This document shows, in pieces, positions 9,473 through 17,861 of a DNA stretch of 64,000 nucleotides. The stretch covers positions 2,072 to 66,071 of the forward strand of contig CAZUZL010000005.1 of NCBI GenBank assembly GCA_964625065.1, written 5' to 3'. Within the stretch, counting starts at the first letter, position 1. Each line of letters starts with the position of its first letter. The stretch comes from an uncultured Candidatus Saccharibacteria bacterium (GTDB lineage: Bacteria; Patescibacteriota; Minisyncoccia; Phycocordibacterales; UBA9973). The translations under genes were made by a program, and so were the position numbers. Below the pieces are notes generated by a model. That model did not search any database, had not been told where the DNA came from, and saw only the letters and a list, made by a program, of their open reading frames with translations.

Positions 9473-11899
9473 TTGAAAAAGGAAATAGAAAAGAAAATAG
9501 AAAGTCTAAACCGTACACGCGAAGTAGTATTGTTCTACGAACAGTACGAAGAAATAAAACACGACCATAACCTAATGGACTACGACGACGTACTAACATA
9601 CGCAGTAGACCTAGTGGAACAGTTTGAAAATGTTCGTGCTGATGTACGCGAAAATTACCTTTATGTTTTAGTAGATGAACACCAAGATTCGTCTGGTATA
9701 CAAAACAGGTTTTTGAAGGCAGTGTGGGCTGAAGTAGAACAACCAAACATATTTGTAGTTGGCGACGACAGGCAACTAATATACGGTTTTTCAGGTGCAA
9801 ATATAGATTACTTTAACGAATTTAAAACTGCATTTGGTAAAGCACAAAAAATTGTGCTTACAGAAAACTACCGTTCTACTGCACCGATACTAAACCTGGC
9901 CGACGACCTTCTAAAAAGTTCTATAACTACAGAGGCGCTACATAGTAACAAAACAGGCACTGACAAAGTAAATTTGTCCGAATACAAATACAACCGCGAC
10001 GAAATAATAGGCGCCGGTTTATATTTTAAAAAATTAATCGAATCTGGAACAAAACCAAATGAATGTGCAATATTGTTACCTAAAAACAGACATGTCCGCC
10101 AAGCTGTAACAACACTACGTTCTATGGGTGTACCTGTTGTATCAGAACAAAGTGTGTCTTTGTTAAGTTTGCCACAAACTCAGTCACTGTTACGTGTGTT
10201 AGGTATACTAGTAAACCCATACAATGGTATTTTATTAAACGAAACGTTGCTGGACGCAACCAGTGGTATACCGGCTTTTGTTGCATATACTTTTATAAAA
10301 AATACTAAGAAGTCTGAAAACCTGACAATAGACGACATGGTAGAAAACAACAAACATACAGGTATGTTCGCTGGCGCCGACAGTGTTGCCATGTTTGGTA
10401 CTAAACTAAAAACTTGGGTAGACACAATGGCTGGCGAAAAAGTTTCGCACATAGTTAGTGTTGTTGGCAACGAACTACTTATAGACCAAGCTAAAAACCA
10501 TGAAGACCTTTTAAGTTCTATAGAAGTTGTGCGTAGTTTTATACATGCGTCATTAGCCTGGGAAGAAAAACCTGCCCGAATGACTCAGTCAGGCGGGAAT
10601 GTAACATTAGGTTTAAAAGACTTTCTAACTTATATACAAAGACTAACCACATATGGTAACCATATTGAAGTTGCTGCACTTGGTAAAGACGAAGGTGTAC
10701 ATGTAATGACACTGCATAAATCTAAGGGTTTAGAATACGACCATGTTTGGATAGGCCACATGAACGAAGAAATACTGATGGGTTCTAAACATACCGTATT
10801 TACATTACCTGAAAAAGTTAAACAAAGCATAGCTGAACGCGACACTATAACTGCAAAGCGCGAACTTTATGTTGCCATTACTCGTGCTAAACAGTATTGC
10901 ACTATTAGCTATGCCCAAATGCGCGACGACGGTGTAGAACTAAGCCAGGCAAACATAATTGCAGATTTACCCCAAGAACATTTTATACATACAAATGCAA
11001 CAGAAAACGAACAAACAATATTAGCAGAAAATGCACGTTTATATGCAGTAAAACCACAGACGCAAGAAGAAGTAGAACTGTTAGAACAAGTTAAAAACTT
11101 TGTACACGACAGGTTTGCCGAAACAAAAATATCTGTGTCTATGTTAAACAACTTTTTCGAATGCACATGGAAATGGTATTTTAGAAACTTTTTAAAACTA
11201 CCTGAAGTTAAAGGTGTTTCGTTGGCATTGGGTTCTGCTGTACACAACACCATAGAATTTATTTTAAAAGAAAAATCTTTACCTGCTGATATAGAAATTA
11301 AAAAATTCATAATGCAGTCTTTGCAAAAAGAAAATGTTACCGATGTAAAGGAAATAGCTAGACTGGGCAAAGTCGCACACAAAGCAGTAACAACTTGGGT
11401 AGAAGGCTACTACAGTACACTGTCTAAAGACCGAGAATCTGAACGTGCACTTAGTTACCGCGACAAAATGTTTCCAAACTTATCTATGTTCGGTAAAGTT
11501 GACCTTACAGAACGCACAGGTGCCGGTGTGGTTATAACAGACTTTAAAACAGGTAGTAGTAAAACATCTGGTGTAATAGAAAAATTGGATGACGAAGGTA
11601 GGCTGTCTTCATATATGCGCCAGTTGGCAATGTATGCATACCTAGTAGACAGAACAGAAGGTAACATGCCCGACCAACTAAGGTTACTGTTTCTAGAAGA
11701 AGATGCAAAAAACAAAAACAAACTTTACAGCACACACATTACCGGCGAACAAATAGATTTATTAATACGCGATATTTCCAACTACCAAACATGGCTAACA
11801 GACGGCACATGGGTAAACAGACCATGTAATGCAGTGTTATATGGTGGTGGTGTTTGCGAATACTGCGCCCGCATGGAACGCATAATGGGCAAACAGTAA
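9473..11899 (+). CDS. UvrD-family helicase remainder fused to a C-terminal PD-(D/E)XK nuclease with a Cys cluster (AddA/AddB/Cas4-like); same frame as 8888..9472
   Basis: DYDDVL, VLVDEHQD (motif II), VGDDRQLIYGF (motif III), TLHKSKGLEYDHV (motif V/VI). C-terminal VDLTERTGAGVVITDFKTG nuclease motif with C...C-x9-C-x2-C cysteines. Confidence 0.75.
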   Translation: MKKEIEKKIESLNRTREVVLFYEQYEEIKHDHNLMDYDDVLTYAVDLVEQFENVRADVRENYLYVLVDEHQDSSGIQNRFLKAVWAEVEQPNIFVVGDDRQLIYGFSGANIDYFNEFKTAFGKAQKIVLTENYRSTAPILNLADDLLKSSITTEALHSNKTGTDKVNLSEYKYNRDEIIGAGLYFKKLIESGTKPNECAILLPKNRHVRQAVTTLRSMGVPVVSEQSVSLLSLPQTQSLLRVLGILVNPYNGILLNETLLDATSGIPAFVAYTFIKNTKKSENLTIDDMVENNKHTGMFAGADSVAMFGTKLKTWVDTMAGEKVSHIVSVVGNELLIDQAKNHEDLLSSIEVVRSFIHASLAWEEKPARMTQSGGNVTLGLKDFLTYIQRLTTYGNHIEVAALGKDEGVHVMTLHKSKGLEYDHVWIGHMNEEILMGSKHTVFTLPEKVKQSIAERDTITAKRELYVAITRAKQYCTISYAQMRDDGVELSQANIIADLPQEHFIHTNATENEQTILAENARLYAVKPQTQEEVELLEQVKNFVHDRFAETKISVSMLNNFFECTWKWYFRNFLKLPEVKGVSLALGSAVHNTIEFILKEKSLPADIEIKKFIMQSLQKENVTDVKEIARLGKVAHKAVTTWVEGYYSTLSKDRESERALSYRDKMFPNLSMFGKVDLTERTGAGVVITDFKTGSSKTSGVIEKLDDEGRLSSYMRQLAMYAYLVDRTEGNMPDQLRLLFLEEDAKNKNKLYSTHITGEQIDLLIRDISNYQTWLTDGTWVNRPCNAVLYGGGVCEYCARMERIMGKQ
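10571..10597 (+). repeat. GC-rich mini-element inside the uvrD-like gene: cctgcccgaatgactcagtcaggcggg
   Basis: Same family; encodes KPARMTQSGG. Confidence 0.7.
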
Positions 11900-11971
11900 A
11901 ACCCCTTGCAAGGTGCTAAACGTGCTATACTTAAAACGGCTTTATACATACGGTCAAAGGCTCAACTATTT

Positions 11972-12238
11972 ATGGAAACTCTATTAAAGGCCGACGTATT
12001 TTTCTTCATTACCAGCATATCGGTGGTGGTGTTAACTATTATTTTATCAATATTCTTGTATTACCTTATAAGTGCTATGAGGCACTTTCGAAAACTTGCA
12101 ATCCAAGTTGAAGAAAACTTAGGCAGTGCAAGTGCACAAGTAGAAGAAATGGTAGAACGCGTTTCAGATAGTTTTGTATTCTCTTTTTTATTTCCAAAGA
12201 AAAGAAAAAAACACGCTAAAGTTGTTTTGGAAAAATAA
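11972..12238 (+). CDS. Hypothetical small membrane protein
   Basis: ORF with one TM segment; the start was taken at the first ATG (METLLK). Weak call. Confidence 0.3.
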   Translation: METLLKADVFFFITSISVVVLTIILSIFLYYLISAMRHFRKLAIQVEENLGSASAQVEEMVERVSDSFVFSFLFPKKRKKHAKVVLEK

Positions 12239-12266
12239 GTTATAAAACCTAATCAGAAAATTAAAT

Positions 12267-12692
12267 ATGAAAAACAACACTGGAAAAGTTTTGGCCGTGG
12301 GTGCAGGTGTGGCAGCGTTGGCAGCAGTAGGGTACTTCTTCTTTGGGCCAAACGGGCAAAAGAATATTAAAAAGACAAAAGGTTGGATGATAAAATTCAA
12401 AGGCGATGTAGTAGACAAACTAGAAGACGCCAAGGAAGTTACTGAAGACAAATACCATTCTATAGTAGACTCTGTAGCTAGTGTTTATACAAAAAACAAT
12501 AAAGCAACAAAAGAAGAAGTTGCAGACCTAGTTAAAGACTTGAAAAAACATTGGAAAGCAATAGCAACAAACACCAAAGGTGCAGGTAAAGAAATAAAAA
12601 GTACAGCTAAAAAAGTTGTGTCTGCAACAAAAAACAATATTAAAAAGCTTGCCCGAAATTCACAGAAAGGCGGGGCCGTAAAAAACAAATAA
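12267..12692 (+). CDS. YtxH-like (DUF948) lysine-rich membrane-anchored protein, tentative
   Basis: N-terminal GAGVAALAAVGYFFFGPNG anchor followed by a K/E-rich helical region. Confidence 0.45.
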   Translation: MKNNTGKVLAVGAGVAALAAVGYFFFGPNGQKNIKKTKGWMIKFKGDVVDKLEDAKEVTEDKYHSIVDSVASVYTKNNKATKEEVADLVKDLKKHWKAIATNTKGAGKEIKSTAKKVVSATKNNIKKLARNSQKGGAVKNK

Positions 12693-12696
12693 ATTT

Positions 12697-12849
12697 ATGA
12701 TAATAACTATTGCAATACTGCTGTTAATATTATGGTTTTTAGGTTTGGTAACTGCATATACATTAGGCGGGTTAATACATGTGTTGCTAGTGGTGGCAAT
12801 TGTGCTGTTAATAGTACGCCTTATACGTGGTGAAAAGCTTGTAGACTAA
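12697..12849 (+). CDS. lmo0937-family small membrane protein (50 aa)
   Basis: Hand-translated: MIITIAILLLILWFLGLVTAYTLGGLIHVLLVVAIVLLIVRLIRGEKLVD. This matches the short lmo0937 family pattern and is not in the ORF track because it is under 60 aa. Confidence 0.55.
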   Translation: MIITIAILLLILWFLGLVTAYTLGGLIHVLLVVAIVLLIVRLIRGEKLVD

Positions 12850-12861
12850 TAAAAAATACAG

Positions 12862-12893
12862 TTAAAAACACCATATTTTATGGTGTTTTTATA
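12862..12893 (+). terminator. Rho-independent terminator
   Basis: aaaaacaccatattttatggtgttttt. Confidence 0.6.
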
Positions 12894-12894
12894 T

Positions 12895-12922
12895 TTGAAA
12901 AATACGTAAAATGTGGTAATAT
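12895..12922 (+). promoter_or_regulatory. Candidate promoter with extended -10 (TTGAAA-N16-TGgTAATAT) upstream of the tRNA-Thr pair
   Basis: TTGAAA at 12895-12900, TGg plus TAATAT at 12914-12922. It sits about 150 nt upstream of the tRNAs, so the leader is long and the call uncertain. Confidence 0.3.
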
Positions 12923-13074
12923 AAATTCGCCGTTGTAAACGAAGTTTTCATCGACATCGCTCGAAGTACCAAAATGCAAGCATTTTCCTACTTCTCGCTT
13001 GTCGCAGTAAGCGAACCTTGCACCGGCTTCGCTCGGAAGGAATGAATAAGTAAACTTTTCATTCTTCCTCGCTC

Positions 13075-13150
13075 GCCGTTGTAGCTCAGTTGGTAGAGCA
13101 CGTCATTGGTAATGACGAGGTCACCGGTTCAATCCCGGTCAACGGCTCCA
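13075..13150 (+). tRNA. tRNA-Thr (anticodon GGT), CCA encoded
   Basis: GCCGTTG acceptor, GCTC/GAGC D-stem, CGTCA-TTGGTAA-TGACG anticodon arm, ACCGG-TTCAATC-CCGGT T-arm, CAACGGC-T-CCA. Confidence 0.9.
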
Positions 13151-13153
13151 AAA

Positions 13154-13226
13154 GCCGATATAGTTCAGTGGCAGAACATTGCTTTCGTAAAGCACAAACG
13201 TGGGTCCGATTCCCGCTCTCGGCTCA
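13154..13226 (+). tRNA. tRNA-Thr (anticodon CGT), slightly imperfect stems
   Basis: GCCGATA acceptor with one T/C mismatch, GTTC/GAAC D-stem, anticodon loop TTCGTAA, T-loop TCCGATT. It ends 7 nt before the prfB ATG. Confidence 0.6.
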
Positions 13227-13233
13227 GAAAATT

Positions 13234-14124
13234 ATGAACCCTGAAGAAATTCAAAACCGCATAGACGAAATAGAAACCCAAATGGCCGGTGGGGATTTTT
13301 GGAATGATAAAAATACAGCCCAAGGTTTGATAAAGGAACTGGGTGAACTGAAAGATAAAAAAGACGGCTTGGGTAAATACGACCGCGGTGGGGCAGTGTT
13401 AACTATACTGTCCGGCGCAGGTGGCGACGATGCAGAGGATTTTTCTGCAATGCTACTGCATATGTACCAGAAATATTGTGATAGAAAAAACCTGTCTTAC
13501 AAAGTTACCGATGCAAATGAAAACACAAATGGTGGCTACCGGCATGTAACTATGGACATAACAGGCAATCCGCCAGCTGGCGGAGCATATGGTTTATTGA
13601 AGTATGAATCTGGTGTGCACCGTTTAGTGCGTCAGTCGCCGTTTAATGCAGATGCTAAACGGCAAACGTCTTTTTCTTTGGTGGAAATAATTCCTATTAT
13701 AGAAAAAACTTCTGCTATACAAATTGCACCATCTGATTTAAAAGTAGAACTTTCTAAGTCTGGTGGGCCCGGTGGCCAAAACGTAAACAAACGCGAAACC
13801 GCTGTACGCATAGTGCACATACCAACAGGCATTGCTGTGTCTGCATCTACCGAACGCAGTCAGGAACAAAACAAAGAACATGCAATGCAGTTGCTAATGG
13901 GTAAACTAATTAAAAAATCTGAAGACGAACATAAAAGCTTAGAAGAAAGTATGCAAATATCTAAAACCACAGATATAGAGTGGGGTAGTCAGATGCGTTC
14001 GTATGTACTACACCCGTACAAGATGGTCAAAGACCACCGCACAGGCTATGAAACCAGTGACGTATCTCTGGTTCTAGAAGACGGCAACATTGATGGTTTT
14101 ATAGAAGCAGAAAAATCGGCGTAA
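13234..14124 (+). CDS. prfB: Peptide chain release factor 2 (RF2), no programmed frameshift, short N-terminal domain
   Basis: SPF tripeptide motif (RQSPFNADAKRQ), GGQ motif (SGGPGGQNVNK), C-terminal DGNIDGFIEA. The reading frame is continuous. The ORF track start at 13090 is an artefact that runs through the tRNAs. Confidence 0.85.
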   Translation: MNPEEIQNRIDEIETQMAGGDFWNDKNTAQGLIKELGELKDKKDGLGKYDRGGAVLTILSGAGGDDAEDFSAMLLHMYQKYCDRKNLSYKVTDANENTNGGYRHVTMDITGNPPAGGAYGLLKYESGVHRLVRQSPFNADAKRQTSFSLVEIIPIIEKTSAIQIAPSDLKVELSKSGGPGGQNVNKRETAVRIVHIPTGIAVSASTERSQEQNKEHAMQLLMGKLIKKSEDEHKSLEESMQISKTTDIEWGSQMRSYVLHPYKMVKDHRTGYETSDVSLVLEDGNIDGFIEAEKSA

Positions 14125-14226
14125 AATTTATGTTTCTAATTCAGCCCCTCTCCATTATTTATGGAGAGGGGTCGGGGGTGAGGTTTGTATTTTGTTATTC
14201 TCCTTCAATTTAGTATAATAGGGGGT

Positions 14227-14907
14227 ATGATTAGATTTGAAGCAGTTTCTAAAATTTATGAAAACGAAAGCCTTTCAATAGACCATGTGTCGTTTGAAAT
14301 AGCCCAAGGCGAATTCGTGGTTTTTGTCGGCCATTCGGGCGCAGGCAAAACAACATTAGCTAAACTGCTACTAGCTGAAGAACGCCCAACAGAAGGTGTT
14401 ATAACTTTCGAATCTATAGACATAAACACTTTAAAAAACCGCGACCTTACAAACTACCGCCGACGCATAGGTGTAGTTTTCCAAGACTTCCGCCTACTAC
14501 CAAACAAAACCGCATTTGAAAACATTGCCTTTGCCATGGAAGCTGTCGGTAAAAGCGACGAAGACATAACAACTGACGTACCACATGTATTAGAACTAGT
14601 AGACTTGAAGTCTAAAATGTTCCATTTTCCACACCAAATGTCTGGTGGAGAAAAACAAAGGTTAGCCATAGCCCGTGCCATTATAACCCAACCTGAAGTT
14701 GTAATAGCCGACGAACCAACAGGCAACCTAGACCCCACAAATGCCCGTGAAGTTATACAAATACTGAAGAAAATAAACGAACTAGGCACAACTGTGCTAC
14801 TAACTACCCATAACCGCGACATTGTCGACGGTCTAGGTAAACGCGTTATAACACTGGAACGTGGCGCCATAATACGCGACGAACAAAATGGCAAATATTC
14901 GCTTTAA
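14227..14907 (+). CDS. ftsE: Cell-division ABC transporter ATP-binding protein FtsE
   Basis: Walker A GHSGAGKTT, LSGGEKQR signature, Walker B VVIADEPTGNLD. TATAAT at 14214-14219 lies 7 nt before the ATG. Confidence 0.9.
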   Translation: MIRFEAVSKIYENESLSIDHVSFEIAQGEFVVFVGHSGAGKTTLAKLLLAEERPTEGVITFESIDINTLKNRDLTNYRRRIGVVFQDFRLLPNKTAFENIAFAMEAVGKSDEDITTDVPHVLELVDLKSKMFHFPHQMSGGEKQRLAIARAIITQPEVVIADEPTGNLDPTNAREVIQILKKINELGTTVLLTTHNRDIVDGLGKRVITLERGAIIRDEQNGKYSL

Positions 14908-14923
14908 TTGATATAATTACAAT

Positions 14924-15844
14924 ATGTTTTGGACTAATCTAAGAAGAATAATGCGGGCAGGGTATACCAGTTTTAAACGTGGTGGTACTGTTACATTTGC
15001 ATCTATACTAACCCTGGTTATAACACTGTCGTTGATAAACTTTATTGTACTTATGAACGTGGCTGTAAACAGCACTGTGCAAATGGTTAAAAATAAAGTC
15101 GACGTTATAGTTTACTTTGTACCAAGTGCAGACGAAAAAAAGATTCTAACTTTACAAGAAAACATAAGTAAACTTACACAAGTTAAAAACGTTACATATG
15201 TGTCACGTGCAGACGCACTGGCCGAATTTGAAAAGAAACACGTTAACGACTACGTAGAACTACAGGCCCTAAACGAAACACCCGACAACCCTTTTGGTGC
15301 AGAACTTAAAATTGTAGCTTCATCAGTTGCAGACTACGACACTATATCTAGCTACCTTAAAAACGAAGTTATGCAAAAACAAGGTTACGACAACCTAGTA
15401 GAAAAAATAAACTATGCAGAAAACAAATTAGTTATAGACAAACTAAACCGTGTTATAGAAAACGCACGTGTTATAGCCGGTATACTATTAATTTTGTTTG
15501 CACTGGTTGCTATTGTTATAACACATAACACCGTTCGACTAACCATATACACTGCCCGCGAAGAAATAGCCGTTATGCGTCTAGTTGGTGGGTCTAGGTG
15601 GTATGTACGTGGTCCGTTTATTGTACAGGCCATAATCAGCAGTACTTTGGCCGCCGTTATAACCACTGTTTTGTTTATGCCTATTTTGTATTATTCTTCA
15701 GGTGTGGCAAACTTTTTTGGTGTAGACTTTTTTGCATACTATATACGCCACCTATATGTAGTGTTACCTATACTGCTAGGTAGTGGTATAGTTCTGGGTT
15801 TTATTTCGTCGCTTATTGCAACTAGAAAATACCTATCATTATAA
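14924..15844 (+). CDS. ftsX: Cell-division permease FtsX
   Basis: N-terminal TM segment, periplasmic domain, and the C-terminal FtsX 3-TM domain (MRLVGGSRWYVRGPF). Confidence 0.85.
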   Translation: MFWTNLRRIMRAGYTSFKRGGTVTFASILTLVITLSLINFIVLMNVAVNSTVQMVKNKVDVIVYFVPSADEKKILTLQENISKLTQVKNVTYVSRADALAEFEKKHVNDYVELQALNETPDNPFGAELKIVASSVADYDTISSYLKNEVMQKQGYDNLVEKINYAENKLVIDKLNRVIENARVIAGILLILFALVAIVITHNTVRLTIYTAREEIAVMRLVGGSRWYVRGPFIVQAIISSTLAAVITTVLFMPILYYSSGVANFFGVDFFAYYIRHLYVVLPILLGSGIVLGFISSLIATRKYLSL

Positions 15845-15881
15845 TTATAAAATTTTATAAATTCGGAACATCAAATAATAT

Positions 15882-17642
15882 ATGAAAAACGAAAAGATAA
15901 AAGTTAAGAAAGATTTATCAGATTGTAAATATATTTTTGTTGTCGGCGGGGTTATATCAGGCGTGGGCAAGGGCATAGCCGCTTCGTCTATTGCTAAAAT
16001 ACTACAGGACCGTGGCCAGGTAGTTACCGCCATTAAAATAGACCCATATATAAACATAGACGCAGGTACCATGAACCCCACCGAACACGGCGAGGTTTTT
16101 GTGCTTACAGACGGCGACGAATGCGACCAGGACATGGGTAACTACGAACGTTTCCTTGGTCTAAGCTTAACCCGCACAAACTACATGACAACCGGCCGTG
16201 TATACCAGTCTGTTATAGAACGTGAACGTAACTTAGAATACGGTGGTGCATGTGTACAGGTTGTACCGCACATACCACTAGAAGTTATACGCCGTATAGA
16301 ACATGCCCGTGACGAAGCCAAGGCGAACGTAGTTGTTATAGAAATAGGCGGCACTATAGGCGAATACGAAAACATATTGTTTCTAGAAGCTGCCCGCATG
16401 TTAAAACTACGCCACCCGAAAAATGTTTTTGTGGCAGTAGTTTCGTACCTACCTATACCTAGTAAGGTTGGCGAAATGAAAACCAAACCAACCCAACACG
16501 CAGTGCGTACGCTAAACGCTTCTGGCATACAACCAGATTTAATAATTGCCCGCAGTCAAGTTCCACTAGATGCGAAACGCAAAGAAAAACTTTCTATGTT
16601 CTGTAACGTACCAGTAGACCGTGTTATATCTGCACCAGACGTAGATTCGGTTTACGACATACCAATGAACTTTGAAAAGGAAGGTCTAAGCGACATGATA
16701 TGCGACATAATGGGTATGACATGTTCCGTAGGCGAAACCCCACGTGCACGTGCATGGAAGTCTTTTGCTAAAAAAGTACACACAGTTAAAAAGGAAGTAA
16801 ACATTGCAGTTATAGGTAAATATTTTGGCACAGGCGACTTTGTTCTGTCAGACTCGTACCTGTCTGTTATAGAAGCTGTAAAATATTCTGCATATGCAAA
16901 CAATGTTAAACCAGTTTTAACTTGGATCAATTCATTAGACTTTGAAAATCCTGCCCGAATAACGAAGTCAGGCGGGAAAAAATTAAAACTAAAAGACTTA
17001 AAAAAATACGACGGTATACTAGTACCAGGTGGTTTCGGTTCACGTGGGGTAGAGGGTATTATTTCTACTATCGAATTTGCACGTACAAATAAAATTCCAT
17101 ACTTTGGTTTGTGTTATGGCATGCAACTTGCTGTTATAGAATACGCACGTAATGTATTAGGTTTGAAAGACGCGCATACTAGGGAAGTTAACCCTAAGTC
17201 TACAAATATGTTAATAGACATTATGGACAGCCAGCGCGACAATGTTGCCCACAGCAAGCTCGGCGGTAGTATGCGTCTAGGTTCGTACCCATGTGTTTTA
17301 TCTGCCGGCAGTATTGCACAAAAGGCATATTTTGGTACAACTAAAAAAGCCAAGGAAGCTAAAAACACTATTATCGAACGCCACCGCCACCGCTACGAAG
17401 TTAACCCTGCATATATAGAACGTTTACAACAAGCTGGTTTGAATTTCTCAGGTATGTCGCCAGACGGAACATTGTGTGAAATAGCCGAGTTGTCTAGAAC
17501 CAAACCTGCCCGACATGGAGGTTTTGGCGGGCACCCGTTTTTTGTTGGTGTACAATTCCACCCAGAATTTTTGGCACACCCACTGGCCCCACACCCACTA
17601 TTTTCTGAATTCATAAAATCTGTAATAAAGAATAAAAAATAG
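15882..17642 (+). CDS. pyrG: CTP synthase PyrG (contains two in-frame palindromic mini-insertions)
   Basis: GGVISGVGKG, GNYERFL, the glutaminase domain GILVPGGFG and QFHPEF. Extra peptides NPARITKSGGKK and KPARHGGFGG are inserted relative to canonical PyrG, as judged against the recalled E. coli sequence. Confidence 0.95.
   Translation: MKNEKIKVKKDLSDCKYIFVVGGVISGVGKGIAASSIAKILQDRGQVVTAIKIDPYINIDAGTMNPTEHGEVFVLTDGDECDQDMGNYERFLGLSLTRTNYMTTGRVYQSVIERERNLEYGGACVQVVPHIPLEVIRRIEHARDEAKANVVVIEIGGTIGEYENILFLEAARMLKLRHPKNVFVAVVSYLPIPSKVGEMKTKPTQHAVRTLNASGIQPDLIIARSQVPLDAKRKEKLSMFCNVPVDRVISAPDVDSVYDIPMNFEKEGLSDMICDIMGMTCSVGETPRARAWKSFAKKVHTVKKEVNIAVIGKYFGTGDFVLSDSYLSVIEAVKYSAYANNVKPVLTWINSLDFENPARITKSGGKKLKLKDLKKYDGILVPGGFGSRGVEGIISTIEFARTNKIPYFGLCYGMQLAVIEYARNVLGLKDAHTREVNPKSTNMLIDIMDSQRDNVAHSKLGGSMRLGSYPCVLSAGSIAQKAYFGTTKKAKEAKNTIIERHRHRYEVNPAYIERLQQAGLNFSGMSPDGTLCEIAELSRTKPARHGGFGGHPFFVGVQFHPEFLAHPLAPHPLFSEFIKSVIKNKK
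16950..16976 (+). repeat. GC-rich imperfect-palindrome mini-element inside pyrG (copy 1): cctgcccgaataacgaagtcaggcggg
   Basis: Motif CCTGCCCGA-N9-TCAGGCGGG, in frame, encoding PARITKSGG. Confidence 0.7.
17505..17531 (+). repeat. GC-rich mini-element inside pyrG (copy 2): cctgcccgacatggaggttttggcggg
   Basis: Same family as 16950; encodes KPARHGGFGG. Confidence 0.65.
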
Positions 17643-17660
17643 GCCAACTGCTTGTATTTG

Positions 17661-17688
17661 TTGACTTTTTTGTGTTTTATGTTAGAAT
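17661..17688 (+). promoter_or_regulatory. Sigma-70-like promoter (TTGACT-N16-TAGAAT)
   Basis: TTGACT at 17661-17666 and TAGAAT at 17683-17688, about 175 nt upstream of ORF 17862. Confidence 0.45.
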
Positions 17689-17861
17689 GCAACAAAAGCA
17701 CAAATAAATATGAGTTCAATAAAATTTAACAAAATCAACGAACCCTGAAAATATGGGAGGAATTTAACCTTTTAGCTGTCTTTTTAGAGCTTTGTCATAA
17801 AAATCTAAAAAGTAAACCTTTTAGTTCTGCGATAGGTTCGCAACTAGAAAATTCTAAATCT

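Noticed and set aside
8888-11899. Possibility that the in-frame TAA in the helicase reflects stop-codon reassignment
   Set aside because: TAA terminates most genes in the window and RF2, which reads UAA and UGA, is encoded. Reassignment is therefore implausible.
12900-13074. Hairpin-rich segment upstream of tRNA-Thr considered as SRP (4.5S) RNA because of cggaaggaa
   Set aside because: The conserved GNRA tetraloop and symmetric-loop context of SRP RNA domain IV is not present. It is more likely a structured leader or promoter region.
13090-13233. The ORF-track start of the prfB ORF at 13090 (MVEHVIGNDEVTGSIPVNGSKSRYSSVAEHCF...)
   Set aside because: This stretch is the two tRNA-Thr genes read as protein. 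The real prfB start is the ATG at 13234.
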